64,000 nt of DNA from Sphaerodactylus townsendi (GCF_021028975.2 NC_059439.1:21948001-22012000); one strand, 5' to 3'. Positions 48,707 through 61,497 are shown, numbered from the stretch's first letter. Program-made: numbers and translations. The notes: generated by a model not told the origin, from the sequence alone.

Positions 48707-49113
48707 CAGTGGCATACTGGGCCTAAATGGCACCTAGGGGCATGACTGCCTCCCTGTGCCCCCCCCACACACACCTACCCGGCTCCCTGTGCCCCCCATG
48801 CCCCACTTATGGCTTTTGCTGGGGAGGGCAGGAGCTGGCCTGCAGAGAAGAAAGGAGGATGCAGCGAATGGTTCGGGCGCATACCATTTCATCATGAGGG
48901 GAGCAGCTGGCACACCCAAGTGACGAAACAGTGTGCCCCCCATGCCCCACTTATGGCTTCTGTGGGGGAGGGCAGGAGCTGGCCTCCAGGGAAGCCAGGA
49001 GGAAGCAGGGCTTGGTAGTGGATTGCTCAAGCGCGTACCATTTCATCATGTGGGGAGCAGCTGGTGCCCCCCAAGTGACAAAACAGTGTGTGCCCATTAG
49101 TGGTACTCTACTG
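48707..49113. mobile_element. hAT non-autonomous element with internal ~150-bp tandem duplication
   Basis: Ends CAGTGGCATAC / GTACTCTACTG; TSD TGTTCAAT/TGTTCCAT; GTGCCCCCCATGCCCCACTTATGGC unit present twice. Confidence 0.6.
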
Positions 49114-50249
49114 TGTTCCATTGTTGTCAGTGTGGGAATTTAGCTGCTCCTTGTCAGTATGATCCTGAACAAATGTAGAGCCTTCGAAACCCAGGTAACT
49201 TCAGCAGACTTAGAAAAATGCAACTGTGCTTGAAATTGACTTTAATGGCATTATTTAATGCTAAACAATGAACAATCCACTTTCAATGCACTTTAACAAT
49301 TGTTTGCATGTGCATTTTGCCATTTCACACAGTAAAAACTAGTTGCCAAATGTATTGAATTTGCATTGAAAGTGCATTATATGGCATGTCTTGAAGCATC
49401 CTAAATATCTGATACTTATATCGCTGGGATTCCATATAAGTTTGTAAATGACCACATAGGTTTGTCTGGATCATATCTACTATTTTACAACACAACCTTG
49501 AAATCTCTAGGCATTTTTTCCTTGTGTCATTTTGAATACTTCACCATTGTTTAAAAAACAATATCAGCCACTCAATAACATTCTAGTTTAACTCACAATT
49601 GCCTGTGTACTGTATCTTTATTTTGGGAGGTGTGCTGGTATTAATGGGAAATTCCACATTTGGACTATGTCGTATTGAGCCCAGCCCGCTGCTAAGGATC
49701 GTGGGCCAAAAGGAATGGAAAGGGATACTGTTTATAGTGTACAGGATGGGACTGCACAGCTGAGGATAGAACAGGGTTACCAATCTCCAGGTGGAATCTG
49801 TACATCTTCCAGAATCATACCTGATTTCCAGGTTGCATAGATCAGTTCCCTGGAGAAAAATGGCAGATTCAGAGGGAGAGTCTATGGCATTAAAGCTTCT
49901 CCTCTCCCACACTCCTAGCCACTCACCACACAAAATTTCCCAAGCTGGAACTAGAAGAAAAGAAGAGGAGAAGATGGCAGAGAAGGAGGAGGAGAAGAAT
50001 AGGAGGAGGAGTCTGCATTTATACGCCACCATTCTTTCCTGTAAAGTGACTCAAGGTGGCTTACAAGCTCCTTTCCCTTCCTCTCCCCACAACAGACACC
50101 TTGTGAGGTAGGTGGGGCTAAGCAGAGGTGTAGCTGTAATGCAGACTTTTGGGGCAGCTCACCCTGGGCGCCACCATTGCAGTTGCATGGGAAGGTGGGG
50201 CTGGGGGCGTTTTGGGGATGTTTCGTGTTGGGGGCAGGGTGTGTTGAAC

Positions 50250-50542
50250 ACATAGCAATGGCCATCCTCAGGGTCCGCACTGAAGAATGGTGTCTCAAGG
50301 CTTTCTCGACCTGTACTTCTCACCTCACTGTAGTAAATATCTACTTCGACACCATAATTTTCACCTCACTGAAGCCCAACTCCATGTATTCCCCGGTGCA
50401 GCACCAAGCCTTGCCTGTTCTGTATAGGATTGTTGTACCTATGCTTAATCCAATTAAATACAGTTAACAGAATAGGGATGTGAAAAGGACGCTTTGGAAA
50501 GCTATGGGTAGTTTCAAACAAGATAACGTGATCAATTTGTAA
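50250..50542 (+). pseudogene. 3' fragment of the 28631-type OR (second copy)
   Basis: IAMAILRVRTEEWCLKAFSTCTSHL..PMLNPIKYS*; same 5' breakpoint as 43766. Confidence 0.9.
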
Positions 50543-50910
50543 ACCACAAATAGTTTTGGGCAAACCGATTTACCACTAGAATTGAACAATCAAGACTGAA
50601 TGTGTGTACTGAATATATATATTTAAAAGTCTTATGATATCTTAAAATTTGATATATTGTGATCAAATGTTTAATTAGTCTCTGTTTGAAGAAGCAGAGT
50701 GACATTCAGTAGAGTCATTTACGGGAGAGGAGTGAAATACAAATTCTCCACACTAAACCCTGCATATGACATTGTTACTTGCTATGTCTGTTTGGCTAGA
50801 GTAATGTAGAACTGGGGCTCAGAATTTCTTGGCTCTGTCCACAGCATTGAAATAAGAACATTTTTGTGATTTCATCCTGAGTTACAAGGCATGAATCGTC
50901 TTTTTTGGAA

Positions 50911-51856
50911 TCTATATAAATAAAAAAACAAAGCATCCGTTTGTTACTTATCGTTAATCTCCGAAACTACTGGACCGAATGCTGTGAAATTTTCACACAG
51001 CGTGCCTTCCTGATCTGACCATGTTTTTAGCTGTTCAGATACCTGAAAAGTCACACCTGGGCCAGGTAAACCATTCTTTTCCTTGAACACAGTGCCATCA
51101 TGTGAACACTTGGCCAACTCACGCTGCAGATATTACAGGAGGCAGGCCCTGCAGGTGCCAGGTCATGCTGAGCACACAGGAGGCCCAGCACCTCTCCCAG
51201 CATGCCTGCGCAGCTTCCTGCCACAGCAACACACACTGCTCACTCTCCCTCTTCCACAGCGCACGCCCGACATTGCCAAGGGACTCGCACACCGGGAGCA
51301 GCCTCTCCTTGCATGCACAACCTATCCCTGTTGCTCATTCCTTTTGCTCATGAAACAGCAGGCCCTCTGCCTCTCCAGGTCCTCTGCCTCTCCCAGGACA
51401 CCAGCTCACCCTAACTCACCCACCTCGCTTCTTTTCCTGTATGCAACCAATTACGAATTCGCCTCCCCCCCCCACACAAGAAAGGTCTTTTGCTCTCAGA
51501 CAAGACAAGGTGAGAGACATCCAACAAATGAGGTCACTGCTTACTTTCCCAGCCTATGTAATTGTGCAGGGTGAGGGGCCTTTCTGTCACACCATCCATG
51601 GCACAGATCATTGTGCCCTTACTCCATTTCCATTGAGAAGGGGAAAACACCGGAATATCAACACTATTGATACACAGAAAGCCACAACTATACCACATGA
51701 TCTGGGGTACACTGTTTCTCCAAGTTAAATGAATTACCCCATATAAGGTTATGATACAATCAAAGGCACAACATTTGTAGTCAGTCTACTTCCTCTTCTC
51801 TTCCTTTCCCATTTCATCACACTGAGCCACAGCAACACGTGGCCGGATAACGCTAG
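50911..51856 (+). mobile_element. Non-autonomous Helitron (946 bp)
   Basis: 5' TC(TATATAAATAAAA), 3' CTAG, subterminal hairpin GCCAC-AGCAACAC-GTGGC (51826-51843). Inserted between A and T with no TSD; empty site TTTGGAA|TAGATAATA at ~30558-30573. Confidence 0.9.
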
Positions 51857-53703
51857 TAGATAATAAAAATAAAGTGTGGTAGAATGAGAATTCTTAATTT
51901 CCCATTGCTGACCTTTGGATAGCTTCTGGAAAGCAGAATTTTTCCATCTTGAATTACAAATCTGTGTAACTGTACAATTCCCTTCTCTGCCCAATATTGT
52001 GTTTAGTATCATAGCTTCCTTGGCTCTAATGCCATTTTCATCCTTGGTGGTTGATTCCTTCTCCTTTCTGAATTAATCATGTAGATCAGTGATTCTCAAC
52101 CTTTCACACATACCCTTGGTCACCCATTTTCCAAATAGTGCACCGCCACCCACATTAACAAAATGCTTGTAATTAATTCAGTTGTTATTTCAAATGTATA
52201 AGCTATAATTGCAAATAAATAGTCCAATAATGAGATTAAAAACAATGGAACAATAAAATGAACAAACAATGCCTATATTTTTACACTCTAAACACAAAAG
52301 ATAAAATGGTGTTGTTACACCCCACATTTTTGGTATTTATTTATACCATCCTTGAAGAATGGTATAAAGCAGAGGTCAGTAAATTGAGTTGGGGCAAGGA
52401 ATTGCTGCACACTTCATGTATATATTGCTTGGATGTGTGAGGAAAAATCATGGAGCAGCAGCATCCATGTATTTGAAAGGATGTCTGGTTAATGATTCAT
52501 CCAGTCCCCAGTTCACAGCAGCTCCAAGGAACGATTGCTTCACCACCTAGCATCACAAATATATGGCTTAGAAAAGGTCTTATTTCTGTTATTTTACACT
52601 CTCCTTCCCTCATTTCATCGAAGAGAGTGTGCTAATGACCCTAGGGTGTTCTTTCTTCATGTTAGTAACTTTCTTCACCTCCAGAGAAAAGGGTCTGCAC
52701 ATAAAAGATGACTGCAAATATTTGTTCCTTTCTATTTAAAGGTTCAGTAGCAACAGAGTTGATGTGAAAGTTCTTAGGTGAAAGACCACCCTGAAAAAGC
52801 CCTAAGACACACAGAACTTGGACTTCTTATTGGATGGAGATATGAATGCAGTTCCAAGAGAGATGATTTCGTTGCCAGTGACCGCATTCTTAGGTCTTGA
52901 ATCAATCAACAGGGCTAGCAGTAGCAGATCACAAACTACTGGTAGTCCTTGCTGGGTTTTGATCCCATAACCATTGTAATGGTTTTCTGGATTTTGGAGG
53001 CACTTCAGAGGATAACTTGAAGAAACCTGTCGTCTCTTGGTTCAACTCTCAGGTGAAGCAACAGGTGTCTTGAGCGGTTATGCAACATAGATGAAGGCTG
53101 GGTGATGGCTTATAAATTAACACTCTGTTCTGGTAACATTGGCATGGCAATTGAGATTTGAGGGATCTCCCTGTTTGGGTGGAGGGTGCTTTCAGGGGTA
53201 CATATGGAGGCACAGCTTTGTGTAGCATAGTGTGCCTTTAGTCAGCATTACGCAGCTTGCCAGATGCAGCATTTCATTGACAGAGACCATGAGGCCTGAA
53301 ATCCATCTCCTATTATACCCTGTTGCGATACATTCTACTTACTGCTTCTAATGAAGGATATTTTGAAACATCCACTAAGTCAGAATGCAGCCGCTAGAAT
53401 GACAGCAGGCACCAGTTACAGGGGTCATAACTTTGTAGTTATAAAGAAAGCTATGCTGGCTACCATTTTGCTTCTGGGTATAATTCAGTGTGCTGCTTAT
53501 TCCTTGTAGAGTTTTTCACATTATGAGTCCTGAATGCCTGAAGGAATGTGGCATCCTGTATGAACTTGCCTGCCAACTGAGATTATCATCTTCAAAGACC
53601 CTGCTCTGTTTGCCTGCTTTTTCAGAAGCTAGACGTGTGAGCATTACAGTCTTCTCAGTAGTGATGCTCAGGGTTTCACTTCTGCCTCCAGATAAGCTCT
53701 CCT

Positions 53704-54001
53704 GAAGAAGAGAAGAGTTTGGATTTATATCCCCCCTTTCTCTCCTGTAAGGAGACTTAAAGGGGCTGACAATCTCCTTGCCCTTCCCCCCTCACAACAA
53801 ACACCCTGTGAGGTAGGTGGGGCTGAGAGAGTTCCGAGAAGCTGTGACTAGCCCAAGGTCACCCAGCTGGCATGTGTGGGAGTGTACAGGCTAATCTGAA
53901 TTCCCCAGATAAGCCTCCACAGCTCAGGCAGCAGAGCGGAGAATCAAACCCGGTTCCTCCAGATTAGATACACAAGCTCTTAACCTCCTACACCACTGCT
54001 G
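53704..54001 (-). mobile_element. Squam3-like SINE, copy-specific insertion
   Basis: Full-length SINE absent at the paralogous position ~46720. Confidence 0.85.
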
Positions 54002-54007
54002 CACCAC

Positions 54008-54397
54008 TGAGACTTAGGGAGCTGGGTAGGCTTAGTTTGGTGAGGAGAAGGTTAAGAGGTGACATGATAGCCATGTTTAGATATTTGAAGGGATGTCATG
54101 TTGCCGAGGGAGCAAGCTTGTTTTCTCCTGCTCCAGAAACTAGGACCAGGAGCAAGGGATCAAGGTGAAGGAAAAGAGATTCCACCTAAACATCAGGAAA
54201 AACATGAGGCAAAGACAGTTAGGGCTGTTTGACAGTGGAATGCACTACCTCAAAGTGTGGTGGAGTCTCCTTCTTTGGAGGTTTTCAAAAAGAGGCTGGT
54301 TGGCCATCTGTCAGGAGTGCTTTGATTATATGATCCTGCATTGCCCGAGGTTTGACTTGATGGGCCTTGGGGTCTCTTCCAATTCTATGATTCTACA
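54008..54397 (+). mobile_element. CR1 3' fragment
   Basis: Paralogue of 46725-47105. Confidence 0.8.
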
Positions 54398-54507
54398 TTT
54401 TAAAATCTAGTCAAGGTAAATTTGGTTCTTGAATTCTACTCTCAGGAGGACTAAATGTTCCTCTGGAAATGAGGCATTGGCCCACAAGTAGTTTACCTAC
54501 CCCTTTG

Positions 54508-55097
54508 CAGAGGTGGGATCCAGCAGGTTCTCACCAGTTCCCGAGAGGGGGTTACTAATTATTTGTGTGTGCCGAGAGGGGGTTACTAATTGGGTCTGCT
54601 TTTCCGTTAGAAATTCCATTAGGTCCAAAAATCATAAAGTCCTGTTGTTTCCCAAGTGGCTGGTTAGCGAAGGTAGAAAACGGGATAATTCTCCCTGTTG
54701 GGCTGTTTTAAAAACATGTTTTAGTAATATGGTAAAGTTCCTTGTTTAAGGAAAGTATCCTTTTTTTGATTTCTAGAACAAAATTAAGTATTTGAAAGTA
54801 TTAAGTTTTTGACAGGCAGTCCATTAGAGGAGAAATAGTTGTTTCTGTTGGCAGTAGACAATAGGACTTGCTATAATGAGTTTAAATTATGGACAGAAAG
54901 ATACCAGCTGGAAAATAGGAACTTTTTTTTTACAGTAAGAGTTTTTTAAAGGTTAACAGAGAAATTATTAATGCCCCGCCCCCGGAATGCCCGGCCACGC
55001 CCCCGTCGTGCCCTGCCCAGCCCCATTGGCGCTACGCCACTGTTTGAATCCCACCACCATGGGAACCTGTTACTAAAATTTTTGGATCCCACCACTG
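54508..55097. mobile_element. hAT non-autonomous element (590 bp)
   Basis: TIR CAGAGGTGGGATCC / GGATCCCACCACTG; perfect 8-bp TSD CCCCTTTG; single copy of the target at ~47209-47216. Confidence 0.9.
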
Positions 55098-55264
55098 CCC
55101 CTTTGTGATACATTTATGCTGTCTGTACTGAAAAAGTATGCTGATCATGGACAGTGAATAATAAAAGCTGACTGCTGTCTTTTATTGTTGTCTTTATGAA
55201 ACTGCTGGCATGCATAGATCAAACTGCCATACGCACATCCGCCAAAAAGGCTCCACTGTCCTGC

Positions 55265-56218
55265 ATGAAGATGGACTTCACCAAGTTTCTAGGAAGACAG
55301 AACAAGACCTGGATCACAGAGTTTGTCCTCTTGGGATTCTCTCTTGACACAAAGAAACAGATTCTTCTCTTTGCTCTTGGCTTATTAGTTTATCTTGTGA
55401 CTTTGGCAGGGAATGTAGCCATCATTACATTGATCCAGATAGATCAGTGCCTCCAAACTCCCATGTACTTCCTCCTGGGCTATCTGTCTTGTATTGAAAT
55501 CTGTTATATTTCTACCACTGTCCCAAAGATGTTATGGGACCTCTTGCTGGGAGACAAGACCATCTCTTTCATAGGCTGTTCACTCCAAATGTATTTCTTT
55601 GTCACATTTGGGAGTATGGAGTGTGTGATTCTCTCAGCTATGGCATATGACCGCTATGCAGCAATCTGCCACCCACTGCGCTACACCATTCTTATGAGTC
55701 AGAAAATATGCCGGGGATTCCTGGCTTCTTCCTGGGCTATTGGAAACATCAATTCCATTGTCAACACAGCCTTGGTCTTCTCCCTTGATTTCTGCCACTC
55801 CAATGAAATTGACCACTTCTTCTGTGACATTCCTCCCCTCCTGCAACTCTCTTGCTCGGATATCTTGGATAGCCAGTTGGTGACCTTTACCCTCTCTGGC
55901 GGTATCATGATTGTGGCTTTCTGCCTGATCCTTTTTTCCTATATCCTCATTGTCTCCTCAGTGTTAAAAATCCATACAGCTCAGGGTAGGATGAAGGCGT
56001 TTTCCACATGTGCATCCCATCTCACTGTGGTAAGCATCTTCTATGGTGCCCTTATGTACATGTACATACGCCCTTCCTCTAGTCGTTCCATGGAACAGGA
56101 CCGCCTGGTTGCTATGCTATATGTCATCATTACTCCAGTGCTCAATCCTCTAATCTACAGTTTCAGGAACAAGGAAGTGCATGGGGCAGTTCGACGAGTG
56201 CTTCGTAAGAAGAAGTGA
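55265..56218 (+). CDS. Olfactory receptor (class II), intact, 317 aa; recent paralogue of 47383-48336
   Basis: Same motifs as the 47383 gene; 14 amino-acid differences by manual alignment. An in-frame upstream ATG exists at 55196. Confidence 0.95.
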   Translation: MKMDFTKFLGRQNKTWITEFVLLGFSLDTKKQILLFALGLLVYLVTLAGNVAIITLIQIDQCLQTPMYFLLGYLSCIEICYISTTVPKMLWDLLLGDKTISFIGCSLQMYFFVTFGSMECVILSAMAYDRYAAICHPLRYTILMSQKICRGFLASSWAIGNINSIVNTALVFSLDFCHSNEIDHFFCDIPPLLQLSCSDILDSQLVTFTLSGGIMIVAFCLILFSYILIVSSVLKIHTAQGRMKAFSTCASHLTVVSIFYGALMYMYIRPSSSRSMEQDRLVAMLYVIITPVLNPLIYSFRNKEVHGAVRRVLRKKK

Positions 56219-57134
56219 TGGTATGCGATTGTGAAGCGAGTGCTCCAAAGGAAATATTTTTTTCTATTTTTCAATCTGAAAATGGTTTGCAAAAGATATA
56301 ACAAAACGTCCGCCAGCAATTTATAAAAAAATCAGTTGTTAAATAATCTAAAACTGGTATTTTGTGTGGTTTAACATTAGCAAATATTTCTTTCCAATTA
56401 TTGCCTTGAGGTATTTAAAATATCAAACTTGCTTTGATGTACAACATTTATTTGGGGTTTTCGCCTGCTTGCTTAAAAGGAAGCAGCTTTGAAAGTCTTG
56501 AAAATAATGGGAAGGAGATTGTTTGCGTTTGGCATGAAGTTTTCAAAGGTAAGACTGAAATAAGGTGTTGAAGGAAGAATGTTTGAGTATGAATTTTGTT
56601 TCATCAGTGTAGCAAGGTCGCAAATGAAACACTGAGGGGCGCTGACCGCCTTCAGCCGCCCTGCTCCACTATCCAGCTCCTGTGCCCCCCACGCTAGCGC
56701 TGCCAGCGAGCGCAAGGGCAGGAACTTTAGCCTGCAGGACTTTGGCAACAGATGAAAACCGAAGCATGCCATTTCTGCATCATGAGGGGAGCAGCTGGCA
56801 CACCCCAAGTGATGCAACAGTGTGCGCCAATTAGTGGTACTCTACTGTGTTCCATTGTTTTCAGTGTGGGAATTTAGCTGCTGCTTGTACAATCCTGAAC
56901 AGCCTTCAAAACCCAGGTAGCTTCTGCAGACTTAGAAAAATGCAACTCTGCTTAAAATTGACTTTAATGGCCTTATTTAATGCTAAATAATGAGCAATCC
57001 ACTTTCAATGCACTTTAATAATTGTTTGCAAGTGCATCTTGCCATTTCACACAGTAAAAACCAGTTGCCAAATGCATTGAATGTGAATTGAAAGTGCATT
57101 ATATGGCATGTCTTGAAGCACCCTAAATATCTGA

Positions 57135-57275
57135 GGCCTCTTCCGCACACACAAAATAATGCATTTTCAAACCACTTTCACAACTGTTTGCAAGTGGATT
57201 TTGCCATTCCGCACAGCTTCAAAGAGCATTGAAAGCAGTTTGAAAGTGCATTATTCTGCATGTGCGGAATGAGCC
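57135..57275. mobile_element. PIF/Harbinger-type MITE, copy-specific
   Basis: TSD TGA on both sides; empty site AAATATCTGA|TA at ~49403-49414. Confidence 0.9.
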
Positions 57276-60200
57276 TGATATTTATATCTCTGGGATTCCA
57301 TATAAGTTTGTAAATGGCCACATAGGTTTGTCTGGATCATATTTGCTATTTTACAACACAACCTTGAAATCTCTAGGCATTTTTTCCTTGTGTCATTTTT
57401 TCCTTGTGTCAATTTTTAATACTTCACCACTGTTTAGAAAAGGAAGTAGAACACATACCATTTTATAAGAAGAGCTGACAAGAAAACTGGTGAGAAATAA
57501 AGACAATAAATAAAGAAAATATGGAGTAATGATTAACAAAAATTTTTAAAAAACCATGTAGCAACTATTAGACATGCTAGTGATTGAAAATTCACTGCAT
57601 CGCAGCAGCGGCCTCACAACCCCCGAGCGGCATGAAGACGCTGCTTCTGAACCTCGCTCCCTGAGCATGCAAATGGCAGTGCAAACGGCAGTGGCTGGAA
57701 GGCGCCATTTCCCCTGCATCGTCCCTAAATGCTTTCATCATCTCCTGGCTTCCAGCTCATCGCAGAGGCCAGGGGACACCTCTATTTTGCGACTCCGACC
57801 GTCACTCCAGCCTGCAGGGTTATTGTCCCCTGACCTCTGCGACTATGCGAGGAAGCCAGTGGACAGAGTAGCATTCAGCGACGGTGCAGCCTGTGCAAAG
57901 GCTTCACCGCCACCTGCTGCCATCCCGGGACCATCCATGCGAATGGTCCCGGTGGGGTGCGTCGGCATTATTTATGCCGACTCACCCCTGCACCGCTGCC
58001 ATGCAGAAAGGGCCAAAGTTTACAAGACCTGAGCAAGGCAATAAAAATATTTTAGAGGATTTTCATTCCCAGGGTCACTAGTTATTTCTTCATTATTTTA
58101 TTAAATTTACTTTTCCCAGCTAAAGGCTGGACTCAGGGCAGCTAACACATTATTAAACCACAAACAAATCAATATCAATTTCTAATTCAGCAATCAAACA
58201 ATAATAAACATTAAAACACTAACACCAATTTGTATCAATGATGGCGACTGACAAATTGAAATGGTTGCTAGGATACCATAAAGGGCCCTAATAATGCTTA
58301 AAAAGCATTTGAATCCTCACCCTCTTGTAATATAACTGAGGGATAAATGTAACAGATAAATAAAATATGTAATGGTCAAAACTTAGTGAATGGATGAGTT
58401 CAGATAACAATAAAACTTGAGAAACAATAAAACCAATAAAACTTGAGAAAAAAAATTCCTATCTGCCCTTGTTTTCTCCACAACCCACTTCCATTAAAAT
58501 GGGGAGTCAGACATAATGTTATTCTGTGTTCTTCTAGAATTCACATTCTGTCTCTGTCTCTTAAGATCCATTTTGAAATTTTCACTTGAAATCTCACGAG
58601 TATGTAATGAGATCAAGAAATGATGTAACACAAGCGTCTTCTGGGAATATTTAGCATGTCTTGTAAAAATATGGTTAGAAGTAGCATATTTGTTAAAAGC
58701 ACAGGCTGAACTGATGTTGTTGGGTTTAGGTGCACAAAGTCAAAAGCGTCAACTTTATTAAAAGTCTTTTTTTCCTCAATGGGCTATAAAGGAATGACTT
58801 TTGGTAAATGGAAACAGGTAAAACTATACTGCGAAGTGTAATATCATAACTTTTAATTAGTTTACTCTTTAAATTTGTAAAATACTGTAATTTTCTTGCG
58901 TCATCACTTACCCTGACCTTCATATAGTAGTTCTGCAAGTGAAAAATATAAAAGTCTTTGTGGGTTTTCTATGTTATAGAAGTAATATGACCATTAATAG
59001 AGGACAGAATGTGAAAAAGAAGCTCACAGAAACAATCCACACTCATATATGAAATTAGCACAGGTGACTGAACATAGTTTTATATGTTGAAATCTAATTG
59101 AAGTTATTATTAAGAGCAAAAAGTTCATGAATATATCAACATCAGTGTAGTTAATGAGCTCCTCGGTGGAAGGCAAATAATACATATAAGATGTACTAGT
59201 CTATCTATCTAACAATTATGGAGGAAGGAAGTCCACTGATCCTTTGAACTTCCCCCTCAGCAACCCAACTGATCAAACTGGAAAATGTTTCTACAAAATA
59301 GTATGTGTAATTTATTGTAAGTTCCTGGGGATGTAATGGACATTAGTGGGACATATTAATCTCCAGAAGGCAATCATTTTTTTTCCTTTTTTTCATTCAT
59401 CAGGAACCATTTCATCATGTCACTGAGATCAAGTCCATTATCTCACCAGTCCCAGATGATCAGTTGATATTTCTTTGCAGTTTTGTTTCCTTGAGAAGCT
59501 GGCTTTCAGAACCACAAGATTACCCCCCCTTTATGCGTCAGAATCTCAGAGTTCAACATCCCACACGACTTGATGTCTTGATGGAAATGTCAGAGCTTGG
59601 GTTTCAAGTTGGTTCACCGATCTTGAAGTAATCCATTTCTCTGGGTAAGATTACATTGTTGACTGTAAGAAGTATAATGCAATCCCTATTGTTATATATA
59701 TCTGTAAGTGGAGCTCTGCTGTAATACAAGGACATTGTGGCCAAGTTATCAGCAGATGCTGGTCCAAGGTTGACTTCTGGCAATTGCAAAATTTATATGA
59801 CATTTTTTGTGACATTATTTCCCTAAATTTTCATCGTGCATAATTCCATATATTTATAATGTTATGTAATTTGCAAGAGTTGTGGGATTTTCCTCGACTG
59901 TGTGACTGTGGTCCAGTAATTTGGGCTCCTAACATTTCCACCTTGCATATGTGACTGGCACCAGTGTGTGGAGTGTAATCAGTCACTCCAAAATGCTTTT
60001 GTATTGTTGAGGGATGCAAAAAGGTGTCTTGAGAGAGGAACTCATCACAGCTCCCCGCCCAATCCACAAGACATTCTCAGGACATTTTATTTCAGCCCAA
60101 GCTAGTCTTATTTTGAAGATGCTAGAAGGTGAACATTTTGGCTTCAAGTTGTTTGCAAGATGTCTCCTGCCTGGCTTTGCAGAGTTTCGAGCTCAGGAGG

Positions 60201-61497
60201 GCTTCATGTTTCCCACCCAATTAAGTTGTCTTGGTCAGTTACCTTCTCAACATGTGTGCTCAACATTGTATGCTGCTTGGCTTAAGGAGATCCTTCCTTC
60301 TGCCATTTTCTCTGAATGTTGCCCCAGGAAGTTGCTGGGTATCCTTTTTTCAGCTCCTAAGAGTATATAGTTGTACTCAACTTATTCTGGCTAAATTCTG
60401 GAAATATACAGTTTTTTTCCTATTTTTTTTAAAAAAATTCAATGAAGTGTTTGGTAAAGAGAACACAAGCACAAATCTTGACGAACCTTTGGCTACTTAG
60501 GAGAGAATAGGTCTACCCAATGCTTCTCAATGGGTGAGTAGAAACAGTTCTCCTGAAAGTGTCTAAGTTTCACACATTTGTGAGAATTCAGCATTTTCTT
60601 CACAGAGACCTCATAAAACAATTTAAATATTAGAAAAAAATTATATATTGCTGGAATCAGTAGGGATGGAACAGAGAACATGGGATGGAAAGTTGAGCTG
60701 TAGTATAAAATGGACGCTTTTGAATCCTTTTTTTTTTGCCTCTTTCCCTGGAATTTATCAATGTTAAAGTAGTGAGAGAATAGTAAATGATGAATTCTTA
60801 TCTTGGAATCACTGTTGAACATACTGGGATTCTGCTTCTTGAGCTCGATTATTATCTCATATGCATCCACCGTTAGTAATTCAGCTAAATGTCTGCTGTA
60901 AATAATATGATTTAAACCAAGAAGAAGTGGGTATAGTGGAGGGGATTGTAATTGAGGGAATTTAAGTTTTACTCATCTATTCAGCTTGTTTTATGCATAG
61001 AACCAAGTCATTTTATTTTACAGTCAGCGACCAGTAGTACAAGATCAGGGTACATCAGTTTCACAAGGCACCGTTACTCATAGTGTATATATAGACAAAA
61101 GAGTTACTAGAAAGCACTATTCAAAAAAATGTTACACATAATCTATAATCTATAATAAGAGTACTAGAAGCACTTCATACGAAATATTACATAGTCTATG
61201 GTGCATTTACAAGAAGAGGAATATTTGCGACACTAATATAATTATTATTGTACTTATGCACAGTCATTTGACTGCTTACTTCTAAAAGCAGTCAGTTTCT
61301 TATGCAATGTGTTAATTTAACACCTCAAAGGCAGGGTATAAATCAAAACACTTTTTTTCTTTGAGCTCACTGAATAACTAAAATTAACTGGGGAAAGAGA
61401 CATTTAACAGGGCGTCTTTACTCTGAACCATCTGTCTGAAAATGGTTTATAATCAAATCCAAGAATTACAAAATATAAATCCATCTCCTCTTCACAG

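Larger units (their letters stand above)
43240..57440 (+). repeat. Tandem segmental duplication: 43240-49550 and 49695-57440
   Basis: Same order in both copies: SINE fragment, OR 3' fragment, flank, CR1, MKMDF-type OR, hAT remnant, flank. A third partial copy lies at 29302-33863. Confidence 0.9.

Noticed and set aside
55196-55264. 340-aa OR start at 55196
   Set aside because: The extension is frameshifted in the 47383 paralogue, and the N-glycosylation site spacing fits the MKMDF start; kept only as a possibility.
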